A stretch of 64,000 nt of DNA from Octopus vulgaris (GCA_951406725.2 OX597832.1:13454001-13518000), one strand, 5' to 3'. Shown: positions 14,691 to 30,259, counted from the stretch's first letter. The notes: generated by a model from the letters alone, not told the origin. A program made the numbers and translations.

Positions 14691-15625
14691 GCGGCTCATA
14701 GCATTAGAGCAGAAGAAAACAACACAGCATTGTCTGTAAAAAATGCCGTAGAACCGTTATTACTGGAAGGAAGGAGATCAAGCATGTGCAGTACAAGCAC
14801 CTGAGAATGAAAGAATGCATGGACAATTTCATACGGATGTTGAAGATAAGACAGACAGAGAAAACAGATGACTATGGATGACTAAAAGTGATTTAAAACC
14901 GGAAACGGAGGCTCTAATCTGTGCAGTCCAAGTGCAAGCATTAAGAGCCAATTCCATCAAATACGGAATTGACAACACATCAGAAATTGATAAGTACAGA
15001 ATTTGTTGATTGGTGAAACCGTATGGCATAATACCAGTTATTGTACCCCACTAACCCAGAGAAAAAATATGAGAATGACATGACAATATAGCAAGGATTG
15101 ACCATTGCACACTTTGCAAAAAGTAAGAGCTTGACAGAGTAAAAGGCAACATCGAAAAGGATAATGCAAAGATACTATGGGATATTGCGATTCAGTGTCC
15201 CCATGAGATAGAGAATAGGAAACCAGACATAGTGTTAATTGAAAAAGAAAGCTAACATGCTAGATCATAGATATCGCATGCCCAGATGAGAATTATGCGA
15301 TAAGGAAGAAGGAAATGTCAATAGATATGACAAATTAGATTGTGATGTTAAGCAGTTGTGGTCGATGAGAAAGGTGGTAGTAGTACCAATAATTGTGGGA
15401 GCTCTGGGAACAGTGAGTAAAAGTTTTGAGATGTACATGGAACAAATATGGGCTGCAATAAGGGCGGAGAACTTGTAGAAAATAGCACTGCTTAGAATCG
15501 CTAGAATACTCCGGATGGTGCTCAAAAACTAAAGGGTGCTACCTTAGTACAGTGGTGGTGAACAGCTGACGCCGTAGTGCATCTCCAGTGTTAGAAGCTG
15601 TTGAAAGACAATAAGATAATAATAA
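14690..15625 (+). mobile_element. 3' part of an R4/Dong-like non-LTR retrotransposon (REL endonuclease), decayed
   Basis: Relic peptides WMTKSDLKPETEALICAVQVQALR, ILWDIAIQCPHEIENRKPDIVLIEK and VVVVPIIVGALGTV; ends in an (AAT)n tail. Confidence 0.85.
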
Positions 15626-15867
15626 TCAGGGACCTTCTGAGTGGAGTGGTCCACTCGAATCATAACACATTTTATAGACTCCACCAGCAAGTTCACGTGC
15701 TGTTAATCTCGATATGAGGTCATCGTGTCGGGCACATATGGTTGTGATGCATGCGCATGGTGTAATATTAACAGACGGGTAGTCATGATGGGTATATTGA
15801 ACTTTGTTTATTGCTAACCCTGTGTCACATTGATGACGTGCATTGCTCTTTCAATCTACAATAATGA

Positions 15868-15939
<72 letters not shown>

Positions 15940-16009
15940 CGATAATAATAATGCCCCAATGTGATAGCACGAGCACATGTCTGTGTGCGTATATACATAC
16001 ACACACTCC

Positions 16010-16052
<43 letters not shown>

Positions 16053-16209
16053 GTGTATATATATGTATAAACATATGAATATATATGCATATATAGGTAT
16101 ATATATATATATATATATATTTATGTATATATATGTGTGTATATATATATTTATATATACATATGTATATATATATGCATATATAGGTGTATATATATAT
16201 TTATGTAAG

Positions 16210-16284
<75 letters not shown>

Positions 16285-17201
16285 GTATATGTGTGCGTTC
16301 CTGTACGCATATGTCTGCCACGAAGCATACATTTATATATGCGTGTCTATACACGTTCACTTCATGTGAAGTAGGTTGATATTAATTAAATTTCAATTCA
16401 CAAATGACAGTGTGTATGTCAAACGTGGTTTAAGAGATCAGTGTATTGAAGATATTAGGTTTCATGTAATGCAATGATTTTAACTAAGAAATAGAAACAT
16501 CCAGGATACATCAATTAATTAACTTTAATTCTTAACGTTGAGTTACTGGAAATTTCTCCTTTTTAGACATTTCATTACAATCCTCAATCGGCTTCGAAAA
16601 CATACTGCTTACTATTACATAGCGTTCTAATATTACATTCGCATTTGATGCTTTTCCTTGTTTGTTTTGCTTTGCCATTCATATTTGTAATTTGATTTGA
16701 TTTAGTTAATACAGCTTGTTAGATCAAATAACCCGCATGATGTTATGTATTTCATTGCTGTTTGCTTTCTTTGCTTATCATATCTTTAAACATTTAAATT
16801 GTATGATATATCTGAATAGAAAACCAGTTATTGAATTGTGGATTTTATTCCCCAAATGGATGCATTTAAAGAAATAAGATTGACAGTAATATAGCTTTAC
16901 ATTAGCGATTAAACCATAATGTTGGAAGAGTTTGTATAAACTATAAAGCGGAAAAATATTTGAAGAAAACCACGGCCGGTTTTCATTTACGATATTGATG
17001 CAAACGAGTGCGATAGAAGAAAAAAAAATTGGGGCTATTTTATGGAAATAAGATTTAAATTTATTTTAATGATTTAGGAATATTGTCAAATTACATTATA
17101 CATACATACACATATACATACATATATACATATATATGTATATATACGTATATATATATGCACATATATATGTATATATATATGTATTTATATATGTATG
17201 T

Positions 17202-17263
<62 letters not shown>

Positions 17264-17363
17264 ATATGTACAAACACATAAATCCAAATGCGTGTATGAT
17301 TATAGTGATATATGGAAGTCATGAATGTGCATATATATACATAGACACACATATATATATATG

Positions 17364-17432
<69 letters not shown>

Positions 17433-17735
17433 TACAAAGACACACTCATACATAGGGCCTACAAGAGATATGCATTCGGTTGACGCCATGGAATCCGGAT
17501 AAGTGGATTTATGTGTCCTACGGCTAATTTCAAATGACACGTACAAACACACACATAGACACACACGTACAGGCGCACAAATATACACACAAACACGCGC
17601 GCACATACACACATATATAATTAGTTGTTAACGTGTATTTTCTCAAATATTTTCTTTCGCCGAGCACCGACTTCAATGACTTATTCGATTCCTCCTTGAA
17701 ACACTGCATTTTCAAATTTATATTAATTCTCACAG

Positions 17736-17759
17736 ACGAACAAGATGTAATACAAGAAG
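17736..17759 (+). CDS. Candidate 24-nt symmetric phase-1 micro-exon (DEQDVIQE)
   Basis: ttaattctcacag|ACGAACAAGATGTAATACAAGAAG|gtacgc in non-repetitive sequence; no homology evidence. Confidence 0.3.
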
Positions 17760-18257
17760 GTACGCATTCACCGTATGCATGTGTCCTATTGAATAATACA
17801 ACTGCACAACCTGCAATTGTATTTATAGATTTACTTCCTATTTGAATATAGCTAGTAAATGAATATAATCATGTGTGTGACTGTGTTGCGGTTTTGTTGT
17901 TTGTACGCAAAGGTTGTGTGTATGCTTGTTTGCTTTTCCTTCTGTTATAGCTGCTTGCATTTTTTCTTCAATTTTCGTTATACATAGTGGTATATAAATA
18001 GACATAAACACAAATCTACTTGTATATATAGACCCAAACATTTATGTGCGAGCTGATAGAAGGAAATACATACACGTACACACATACATATCATATATAT
18101 ATATATATGTATCTCTCTTTTTTTTTCTTGTTTCAGTCATTTGACTGCGGCCATGCTGGAGCACCACCTTTAGTCGAGCAAATCGACCCCGCATTTGTGT
18201 GTAATGAGATAAAAAAAACCAAGGTTGTGTAGATATTAGAATATTTATAGATAGAAG

Positions 18258-18309
18258 GTCCTACAGCTGTTTCCAGGATGTTTAATAATGATATCCCTTC
18301 ATCGGAGAC
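18258..18309 (-). ncRNA. Type-I hammerhead-like motif (CCGAUGA core)
   Basis: - strand: GTCT-CCGATGA-AGGGAT...ATCCTG-GAAA-CAGCTG-TA-GGAC; palindromic stem III ACAGCTGT. Confidence 0.65.
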
Positions 18310-18510
18310 GATGTGAGAGGATGGTTAATTCATAGTTAGTTTAGATCGTGAAGTATATTTTCCACCTAAATGTGGCTGACCCATATGGGACGACGTTACT
18401 TTAGTTTATAGCCCCAGGAAGATATCTCCTCCACCTGGCTAACAACACACTGTCTACGCCCGATCGGAAATCATCGTTCCCATCTCTATCCTTACGTGAT
18501 ACGTGATTGT

Positions 18511-18555
18511 CACTCGCTGATGACGGTTTACTACTCAGAAACCTGGGTCCATATG
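18511..18555 (+). ncRNA. Type-I hammerhead motif, left arm of foldback (stems decayed)
   Basis: CACTCG-CTGATGA-CGGTTTACTACTCA-GAAA-CCTGGG-TC-CATATG. Confidence 0.55.
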
Positions 18556-18592
18556 TACCACGTGCGTATGTGTCTGTATATAAATGTATATA

Positions 18593-18637
18593 CACATGGA
18601 CCCGGGTTTCTGAATAGTAACCAATCATCAGCGTGTG
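18593..18637 (-). ncRNA. Type-I hammerhead motif, right arm of foldback
   Basis: - strand: CACACG-CTGATGA-TTGGTTACTATTCA-GAAA-CCCGGG-TC-CATGTG; canonical core, palindromic ACCCGGGT, GUC triplet. Confidence 0.7.
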
Positions 18638-18913
18638 ACAATCACTTATCACGTAAGGCTAGATATGGGAACGATGATTTCCCTTCACAAATGCCGATCG
18701 GGCATAGACTGTTGTTCGCCAGCCGGAGGAGATGTCTTCCTGGGGCTATAAACTACAGTAGCATCGTCCCATATGGGTCAGTCATAATTAAGTCGAAAAT
18801 ATATGTATATTATATATATATATATATATAGATAGATAGATATGACCGCGTGTGTGCCGTTGGCGATCTTTTTTCCCTCCGTCTTCCCTTCTCTGGATCT
18901 TTCCCTCTCCTAT

Positions 18914-18947
18914 GTTTCCGACGAAGAGTTCCGCTCGAAACTTAAAA
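18914..18947 (+). ncRNA. Degenerate hammerhead-like motif in a PLE-tail-like island (18844-19050)
   Basis: TTT-CCGACGA-A-GAGT-TCC-GCTC-GAAA-C-TT-AAA; same architecture as 6562-6599. Confidence 0.45.
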
Positions 18948-19072
18948 TCCTCCTCCCTACCTTCCTTCCTGAACGTCCAGTAATACTATATTTGTTCCAC
19001 GTCCTCCCGTAGTTGTGTTTTCTCTTGGTGTGTTCATGTTTGTATTAACTATATATATATATATATATATAT

Positions 19073-19103
<31 letters not shown>

Positions 19104-19104
19104 T

Positions 19105-19315
19105 ACTTTGATACTTTGATACTTTGATAGGTTTCGGCCATTATTGGCCCAGGCCATGTCTAACTTAATAGCACCACCTGGTGAAGTCTTTCAAGTCAGA
19201 ATTTGGGCACTATGGCCCACTCAAGTAGAGAGTTATTGTTTACAGAGACATATCCGGGTGTAGGGGGTTTATCCGGGATTTCTTGAAGGAATCTGTCCAA
19301 AGACTTCTTGAACCC
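19105..19315. repeat. Short (TA/GATA)n-flanked repeat, family D
   Basis: Homologous to 6208-6442; begins with tandem atactttg x3. Confidence 0.7.
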
Positions 19316-19599
19316 TATATATAGATAGATAGATATATATGTACACATATGATTGAAATTTGAGCATCGTGATTAATATTCCATGTAACGTTTGTTTATT
19401 TTGGGTTGCGATATGTAGTGTTGTGCATGGTTGATTATATTAAGTTTTGTTGAGAAATATCACTTGGTTTCATGTTACCAACCAGTATATATATATTATC
19501 TTATTGCTTTATTCTTTTATTTGTTTCAGCCACATTGATAGCGCTTTTAGTGGAAGAATATCGATCCCAGTACTTATTTTATCGGTAACAACTCGAGAA

Positions 19600-20290
19600 C
19601 TGGCAAAAGAACTTCCTGTTTGCCAGAAAACTGTCTGAAACAATTTGCATGTGATGGGAAAATCCAAAAAGCTCGACAAATGTGTACGAAACAATTTGAA
19701 TGAAAATCAGAAAATGACCAGATATGAAATTTGCTCGTTACTTATTCTCCGTCACCAGACCGATACGTTTCTCGACAGTATTGTAACTTGTAAGGGAAAG
19801 TGAATTATATGCAATAGCAAAACAATTTATTCGGAGTGCTTGGGCCAAAATGAAGCACCAAAAAAACCCACTAAATGCGTGCTCTTCAAAAAGAAGGTTA
19901 TGGTGACTGGTTGATTGTGTACTACTGGACTCATTCACTAGAACTTCTTAAAAACCTTTACAGCAGACACTTATTGCCGTGAAATTGCCAAAATGAACGA
20001 ATAAATGATACTACTCTGGTCAATAGACTCATTCTTCATGATAATGCTCGGCCACACATTTCACTAATAACGCGCCAGATGTTGAGGAATCTTGGCTACG
20101 AAGTACTTCCCCTCCCAGCTTATTCCACAGATCTCTCTCGTACCTACTACCAATTTTTTAGTGGTTTCCTGCAAGAGGTGTTCAAATATTAAATCTATGC
20201 TGAAAGTGCGTTCAAAGTGTTCATCAACTCCAGCACTCCAGATTTTTATGTTACCGGAATAAACAAACTTGTAACTTACTTTGATGAATA
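19600..20290 (+). mobile_element. Decayed mariner (Hsmar1/cecropia-like) transposase
   Basis: GKSKKLDKCVRNNLNENQKMTRYEICSLLILRHQTDTFLDSIVTCKGK*I matches the WVPHEL...FLDRIVTCDEKW region; an LHDNARPH relic (cttcatgataatgctcggccacac) lies near 20035. Confidence 0.85.
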
Positions 20291-21807
20291 CAATTACCAC
20301 ATTGTTAGAATACATTGTGATAAACTTCATGTTTAAACACGTTGCATGCATTTTACTCAGCCTGATATATATATACATACAGTCGTTCGTACATATAATT
20401 AATCATATATTCAATTTCATATACGGCTTTAAATTTACCTACAGTCATATGTACAATAGATTCATTTGTGTTCTGAGGATTTATCTTAATTCAGTTTAGA
20501 AGAAATATGAATTTCTGCAGTTCAGTAACTTCCTGAATGTAATAAATGTGTGTGGCGTGAAATGTATGATATTCATTCCTTACAAGTTGTTGAAATTTCG
20601 ACAGCGCCCACCACTTTCACTGTGGAATCATTAATGATAATAGCGCTGTGTTTATTAATTTACATTAGTGTGTTGCATTGTGTGCGTGTAAATTTAGCAG
20701 CATAGATTTTTCTGTAACTTTGCCCTCTTTACATTTGATTATAAAAGAGAAGAGTGTATAATATGGACATTACGCGTACGATACAATGAATGCATGTCTT
20801 CTCATTTACAAGAATATGAATCACATTTTGCGATGTAAAAAGGTTATCAGGTTGAAAGTTATTAACTGTTTTTCTTTGATATACTTCCGTCTTTAGATAT
20901 TATCCAGTGTGCTGAAAATGTTCGGTATCAACCTTAAAGCATCGGTTTGCTTAAAGTTTCTGTAAAGTAGATGCCATTAACGACGACCAATTCATGCTGG
21001 TTCATCGTATTTCTTCATACGGTATCTTCACAAGTTATAAGGGATGAACGTATTCAATGGAAACATATGGAGTATGAAAATAGATTAGAATCCATAAAAC
21101 CATATCACAGAAACGAAAGACGTAAACATGACAGCTACAAATTTCGACACAACGGTCTTTGAACTGACCTTTTAGATTGTGAGTACATTGGATATTCGTT
21201 GCCTTAACATATATTCAATGCAAAGCTGAAACTATAAGGAGTGGTTTATAATAGCATTCCACCTGTCTTCGTTAACATGTAATATTTACGATAAGAACCA
21301 GTAAAGTTTTGTGATTTACATAAATAGTATAGGAAATATGTCAGATTAAGGCATATTGACATTACGCATGTAAGTATCACAAAGATTTCTTTAGATAAAG
21401 TATACGGACAAAGCTCTGCAGCATGATTATCTTGTGTCAAAGAAATACTGAGTTGTTGGTTGCATAATGTATTAGAATTGGAAAGTACTACTTTATCGCT
21501 TCTCCTCTGAGAAGATTATGATGTTTCTATACAATACACAACGCTGTATAATTTTCCTGATGCAATCCTGTAAAGCATTGATTATATTCAAAACATTACC
21601 ATAGATGCACGATATAGAAATAGTTGTATACAAATGTATATACGTATGTGAATGTTTGTTCATACAAGCATACATACATACACACATACGTAAATACATA
21701 CATATATATATATATATATATATGTAAATATGCATTATAGAAATATGTGTGGTGTGTATATATATATATATAACTACATATACATGCACATACACTGAGA
21801 CACACAT

Positions 21808-21851
<44 letters not shown>

Positions 21852-21863
21852 CGTGAGTATCTA

Positions 21864-21929
<66 letters not shown>

Positions 21930-21944
21930 AATATATATATAAAT

Positions 21945-21976
<32 letters not shown>

Positions 21977-22015
21977 GATTGATAGATAGATACCCTCACA
22001 CACTCAATACATATT

Positions 22016-22095
<80 letters not shown>

Positions 22096-22443
22096 TTTAT
22101 ATATGTGATATTGTATATCACATGTGCGAGTCTCTGAGTCTGTACGCGCGTGTTTGCGTGTGTAAGTGTATGCGTGCGCACACGCATGTATATTTTGTAT
22201 ATCTCCTACTCTCAGAAGGAACATAATTCCGTTTATTTCCGTGAGACAAAAGAAAAAAAGAATCATGTCTTTTATAAATTACAATATTTCCTTTGCTATA
22301 TTCTGCATGGGTGTACAAGGTCATGTCACGAACATTGCTTCGTGACCCCCTACTTATATTAAAGCGGGAATAGCCAAATATGGAATGGAGGAATTTTGGA
22401 ACCTGATATATATATGTGTGTGTATGTGTGTGTGCATGTATAT

Positions 22444-22504
<61 letters not shown>

Positions 22505-22557
22505 TGCATATATATGTGTGCTCATATATACATACATATATATGTGTAGTTATATAT

Positions 22558-22602
<45 letters not shown>

Positions 22603-22789
22603 CCTATATACACACGTAAATAGATGTGCGTGTATGTGAGTATAATGTTGCTAAAGTAACGATAGATTGATCACAGAGATTGTGTCTCTGCCATGCACAT
22701 AGGCAGATAATCGGAATCACTATGCGATATAATCTAGCACTTGATAAATGTTAGTTAATATTGTTACACAAAAATATTAGAACACGGAT

Positions 22790-23000
22790 TAAGGTGACGA
22801 GATGGTAGAATCGCTAGGAAAAGTATTTAGCGGTCTTCTGTTCGCCTTTATGTTCTCAGTTCAAATTTCGCCGAGGTCGTCTGTACCATTTATCCTTATC
22901 GGCTTCGATAAAATAAGTAGCGGCTGAATGCTGGGTTTGGTGTATTCGATTTAAACCGTCCTTAAAATTCCTGGCAATGTGCGAAAGTTTCAAACCACGA
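22790..23000 (+). mobile_element. SINE family B, degenerate
   Basis: aaggtgacgagatggtagaatcg...ttcaaatttcgccgaggtcg matches 38909-39305. Confidence 0.7.
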
Positions 23001-23099
23001 CTTGAATATGATTACATATGGCGTTTACTCTTGTGTCTCGCCACTTCATCACTCGCGTTATACCTGAAATAAATTATTTAATTTCCTCTGTTCCAACAG

Positions 23100-23114
23100 A
23101 AAAAAGGACCATAG
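23100..23114 (+). CDS. Candidate 15-nt symmetric phase-1 micro-exon (EKRTI)
   Basis: atttcctctgttccaacag|AAAAAAGGACCATAG|gtgtga; strong acceptor, moderate donor. Confidence 0.25.
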   Translation, partial: KKGP

Positions 23115-23879
23115 GTGTGACAATATGGCATAGCACAATGACACTATATATTTGAAATGGATTTCAAGTGTTACAAACATTTTTTCATGCTCATATGCCT
23201 ATATTTAAGCATATGTGCGTACATATGCATACATACACACATAGCAATGTCGCTGTGCACTAAAATATAAAGCGTACAGAAATTATTCCTTGTTAAGTTC
23301 TTGAGGGACCTTGCCACAAAGAAAAAAAAAAAGAAATGTAGGCAATTGGTGCGTTTGTTCTGTTTCAGTGTATTCCATCGATTATTCTCGCTGTTCATGT
23401 AATATTCTGCAGGCCATCGATAAACAATGCATTCTGTAAGTATTAAGATTTCTTCATTCCACGGTTGAATTCCATATTAGATTGTCGAATAAATTTTGTA
23501 AATTTATTCATTGTATAAACGGCAACATACAATTGAGCAATTTGCCTTTTTTCCTTTTCATACTGCCAAGGTGTTTTGGTAAATTTAACCAAGCGTCCTT
23601 TAAAATATAGGGGCCACGACCATGCGCGACATCCATATTAACGTCCAATGAAGAAAATAGCTTTTTCTAAAATGCGGATGAGCTGATGATGTTGCGGCAC
23701 ATTACGCCACACAGACAATCTCACATGTACATATATAAACATACTTATAAATACATACCTTGTATGTTCTGCTTGTTACTGTCCCTACAGTGCAGCTATA
23801 TTGCGGTATTGCCTTGAACGGTTACAGTGGAACATAACGGCCCCTAGTATGTAGACTTTAATGTAACAATGTCCTTGAA

Positions 23880-24550
23880 TGATGCAGCCTGCATTTGTGG
23901 TTTCTCTCTAGACGCTCACGTTGTCAACCGTCGCCACTGGTCTCTTTTCTCTGTAATGCGCAGCAGGTTCGGTGTTTGCTCACCTGTTCAATTCTTGATG
24001 TTGTCAAACCTAGTTTTTCCTTGTGTGTCTCTCTTTCGCTCTCTCTCCACCGTGCTTTGAAAAATGATTTTGGACAAATAGTTGGCCAAATACATGACCG
24101 TATCAGGCAAGCATTTGTCTTTTTACTAGCGCAAGGAGTAATTCCTGTCTGCCATTATATTTGTAGATTTACTGCCTGACAAAGCTGTTTGCTTGTGTTC
24201 TGTGCAGGTCGTGTTGCAGCCTTCTGAATCACGTATGCTCAAATACTCGGATACTTCACTCCACTGGAAGAGTCTATCTTTCAAATCGATACACAAGGAT
24301 CGAAGTAACCGCACTTTTGCACACTCTGAGCCTTTGTGGAAAACTAATGGATTTGGTTCTCCATATTGTCTTCAGTTTCGTCACGGCAACAGACGCTACA
24401 CAGAATTTTGTTGCTTTCTCCTTTTGAGATCGGCCGTCTTTGTTCAAAGTGGATCCTAATTACTTGAAGGTGTCAACTTCATGAAGTCTTTATCCGTTCA
24501 TTTTCAGTGCTTTCTAACAGGTCAATATCATCAGCAAAGGCATGCTGGAA
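23880..24550 (-). mobile_element. Decayed RTE-like LINE reverse transcriptase fragment
   Basis: - strand FADDIDL motif at about 24520-24540 followed by a broken C-terminal RT region. Confidence 0.7.
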
Positions 24551-25649
24551 ATGGGCTGTTTAGCAATGAAAACAGCGTTTTTGGTAGGTGATATTTACAA
24601 TAATTGTTACTGTCACCCTCTATGTATTAGAGTACTGTTATAGGCAAACCTCGCATTTATCAAAATAATCATTAAGAAGCTAAATGGTTAGAGACCTTAT
24701 GCATTTTGTTAGTGCATGATGCAGTACAGAAATGTTTATTCCATTCGGTAACTTTCTTCCAAAGAACCTTCCAACATACACAAATATTTATTAACAAAAA
24801 ACGAATATATTTTACCTGGGACACTATATTTGTATGAAAACTTTCAGTATTCTGTTCGGTTGCCATAACATGAATTTTAAGTTTTCAAGGAATGAAAATG
24901 AATAACTTCCCTGCAATATACATTCGTCTTTTATTTTTTCCCCTCGGTCAGTATTCTCATGGCCAAAACGAGTTACCGAGTTTTGTTGTTGGTCCACATG
25001 GGAGGGTATATTAAATCATGTAACCCTCAAACATATTAATTAATGCTGTCATAGCATATTTTTTTCAATCTTGACTTCACAGATTGGCAAAATGAATGAG
25101 TCAGATGAATGTAACCGTTTCGCATATACTGTGATAATAACGATAGTGCTATCTACTTAGGTAGTCGCAACAAAATTGAAATGATACGCTTAAGAATTTG
25201 GCATTTATATAATATTCAATATCTCAGAAATTTGTTTTTCAAATTTCGCTAAAGTAAAAAAATGAACAATTCTATCAACTACAGATGAAAGAATTTATCT
25301 GTATCCGAAAAGTTCTTTACAGAGAGAAATTTGAAGTTATAACCGACATCACAATAGCAAAATTTCGAGAGAATCAAGATCTCTTCTAGATATTAGGAAG
25401 ATTATATTGAGAAATAACACTCTTCAGGATATAAAACGAAAATGTAAAATATTTTTGTTATATAGCGTAATGCTTGATTTAGAAACCATATTACACTGCA
25501 ACATCCTGCAGACAAAGAACACAAGCATTAGAGAATTGTTTATCGGAAGCCTGTGGAAAGCCAGATTGTATACATTCTTATATACGTACGTATGTATGTA
25601 TATGTATATATATATATATATATACATGAAATTATATACATATATATAC

Positions 25650-25689
<40 letters not shown>

Positions 25690-25808
25690 GAAATTATATA
25701 CATATATATATATATATATACATATAAATATATATATATATATAAATATATATATACATACACATATATATATATATTTTTACATATATAAATATGTACA
25801 CATATATT

Positions 25809-25859
<51 letters not shown>

Positions 25860-25886
25860 TTACATTTATAAATATTTATATATATA

Positions 25887-25968
<82 letters not shown>

Positions 25969-25994
25969 AATATATACAGTTACGCACGCGCTCA

Positions 25995-26047
<53 letters not shown>

Positions 26048-26449
26048 TGTGTGTGTTTGAAGTTACAAACTATTGGACAGGAGAATATGAAGTAGCATTT
26101 TTTCGGAAAGTTGAATCACGAAACAGAAAAGCTATAAGCAAAACTCGGGTCACATAATGTAAGCAAAAGAGGTTTCATTAGAGGAATTAATCGTTCGAAT
26201 ACCTGTATCCATTTTAGAACAATTATTCTTATCAGCGGCATGAAATCCTATAAACGGAGAGATTCGAAGGATAGGTTTTGTTCAATGGTGGATACAAGTG
26301 ATACGAGTAACCTTTGAATTTTGTATCTAAAGATTTATAAACATAATATTTACACGCAATTATCTATAGATTATCTGCTTCACTCTCCAATGAATATATA
26401 TTCTCGCCCTGTTCAGAAATAGCGTGAAAATATTTGTGCATCATTATCT

Positions 26450-26990
<541 letters not shown>

Positions 26991-27739
26991 TACTAATATA
27001 TATTTTTTATTAATATTTGGCAGAAGCAACAGAATGACTCAAAGACCGAGAGTTTCTTCCATTGGCAATTATCAAACTATTTACAGGACGAAGAGCAACG
27101 AGATTATATAAGTTCCAAGTTCACTCTGTTGCTCCACTAACATGTTAAAAACAATAGGCATATACTCATATTTGAAGTTCTATATTTTCCAGTCTGTATC
27201 ACCATACCAAAATTTCTTATATATAAATATTCATAATATACATATCATCATTCAAATTTATTTCCGTGCAATGATATATTGTGCAGAGACGTAGCAGGCA
27301 TAAAGTTAAGGTGACGGTGTAAATGATACATTGCATTTATCACATGCCAAAGAGAGTAATTATTGACCTTGCCATAGCAGTGAAACAAATGACACCTCAG
27401 ACCATTTGAAACAAAATACACTAAAAACAATTGCAATAATTCATTCAATGCATAAAACGTACCGATTTACCCACACCTGTAAAAGAAATATGTGCATTCA
27501 TACACTTATACACACATACATGCATACATATATATATAAACACACACTCACACATATATGTATATATATACACACGCACATATACAAACACATATATAGA
27601 TATACATTAATACCCCCATACACATACACAGTCACACACGCATATATGTATACGAGCATATATATGTATATATATATATATATATGCATACATATATAGA
27701 TGCATACATAGATACATACATATATATGCATATATATGC

Positions 27740-27773
<34 letters not shown>

Positions 27774-27960
27774 GTATATAAATAAATGCACGTATGTTAG
27801 TATGCATATACGTTTAGAGATCGTTTATCCATACTGACATATACATATATGTACTATTATATATATATACACTTTTTGTGTATCTATAGATGTGTATGTA
27901 CATATGCTTATATATATGTGTGTAAATGTGTGTATATATATATGCGTGTGTATGTGCGTA

Positions 27961-28000
<40 letters not shown>

Positions 28001-28544
28001 TATGTTTATATGTGTATATATATATGCATATATAATTACATATATATACATATATATATTCAGATGTATTTATATGCATGTATATGCATGCATATATATA
28101 TTTTAATCATCCACTCTGCATATATTCTTCTATAGCACCTATAAAACTTCAATTGAAATTGGTAAAGTCTCCTAGCTAACGGTGCTTCTCTGCATTTGCT
28201 TGCTGTTTTAACGGTTTAACGCGAAATTAGAAAGTATGGACGGATCGTAAAAGTAGAAAATTATGTTTATCGCTTTCTTAGAAAAACCTGTCTGTCTTTT
28301 GTGCGCTGTAATAGAAAACTGTAATGTGAATGTCAAGAGGTGATAACAATATCGTACTAAGAAGATAACACTATACTGTAACCCTTCAAACTCAGACGAT
28401 ATCTTATCATTACCGATTATTACTTACTTTGCCAGCAAATCGTCTCTCTCATCGTCGTTGTCGTAGTTGTCAATTCCTCCTCGTTGCGTCTTTATATTGC
28501 TTAGTTTTTCTTCCTCTATCTCGTTTTCCTCATCCTCGTTTTTT

Positions 28545-29125
<581 letters not shown>

Positions 29126-29529
29126 TCTTTCTCGTATGTTTCTTTATTTGGTTTCGTGTTTTCTTTTTTGTTCTTCATCTTTTGTAGTTTTTCCTTCAAA
29201 TTTATTGTCTGCATTGCAATGGAACTCATTGTCTTTTGCCAATAGGTTATTCACTGATGAACACAGAAGCATGTCTTTTACTCACTTCGCAACTATTTAT
29301 GTGTGCTTATGTGTCGTGTTTTATTCCTATATGCTTTTGCGCGCACGACACACGCATCTACATCACAATCATATTCTTGCACTATTCCACAAGCAAGTAC
29401 TTATTGGTATGAATGTATGCATCTATATATTTAGGGGTATATACACGCATATATATATATATATAATCAGATCCTTTTTATATGTATATGTGTAGGTGTA
29501 TATATATAATGCCGCACACATACACACAC

Positions 29530-29648
<119 letters not shown>

Positions 29649-29680
29649 CACAAAATTTCATATTCACATATATATATACA

Positions 29681-29716
<36 letters not shown>

Positions 29717-29772
29717 ACAAGTCATCACCAACATCAGTTTCATATTCAGATCTTTCTTTTTTCAATGCTATA

Positions 29773-29858
<86 letters not shown>

Positions 29859-29859
29859 C

Positions 29860-29927
<68 letters not shown>

Positions 29928-30222
29928 CTTATTTTTTTGCATTTCTTCTTTCCTACTGCCATTTCCTCACAAGTAAAATCGGATGACAAGCAATTCTCTC
30001 GGAAGTGTTATAGTATAATGTTGCAATTTCTTGGAATGGAAACGATTACATTTAAGTAGAACATATGCACGTGTTCCTATTTTATTCAATTATTATTGTT
30101 TTCCTCTTTTGTTATTGCAGATTTATATTATTTTCTTTTTTTTCTCCATTTCCAACAGGGTAGTTTCTCTTTTTCCTTTTTTTTTCCTATGTCATGTATT
30201 CGTCTTGATAATATTACTGAAA

Positions 30223-30259
30223 ATGGTAAAATTGCCTTATCGGCTTGATTATAACAACG
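30223..30259 (+). CDS. Candidate ATG-containing (alternative first) coding exon MVKLPYRLDYNN, phase-1 donor
   Basis: aaaATGGTAAAA...AACAACG|gtaagt with a consensus donor. Confidence 0.3.

Larger units (their letters stand above)
18230..18790. mobile_element. PLE-derived foldback with ~190 bp inverted arms (18371-18557 / 18591-18786)
   Basis: tgacccatatgggacga...gaaacctgggtccatatgta is mirrored by tacacatggacccgggtttc...tcgtcccatatgggtca; holds three HHR motifs; (TA)n on the right. Confidence 0.8.

Noticed and set aside
22324-22346. Hairpin gtcacgaa-cattgc-ttcgtgac in a (TA)n-flanked island
   Set aside because: No hammerhead core on either strand and only a single occurrence.
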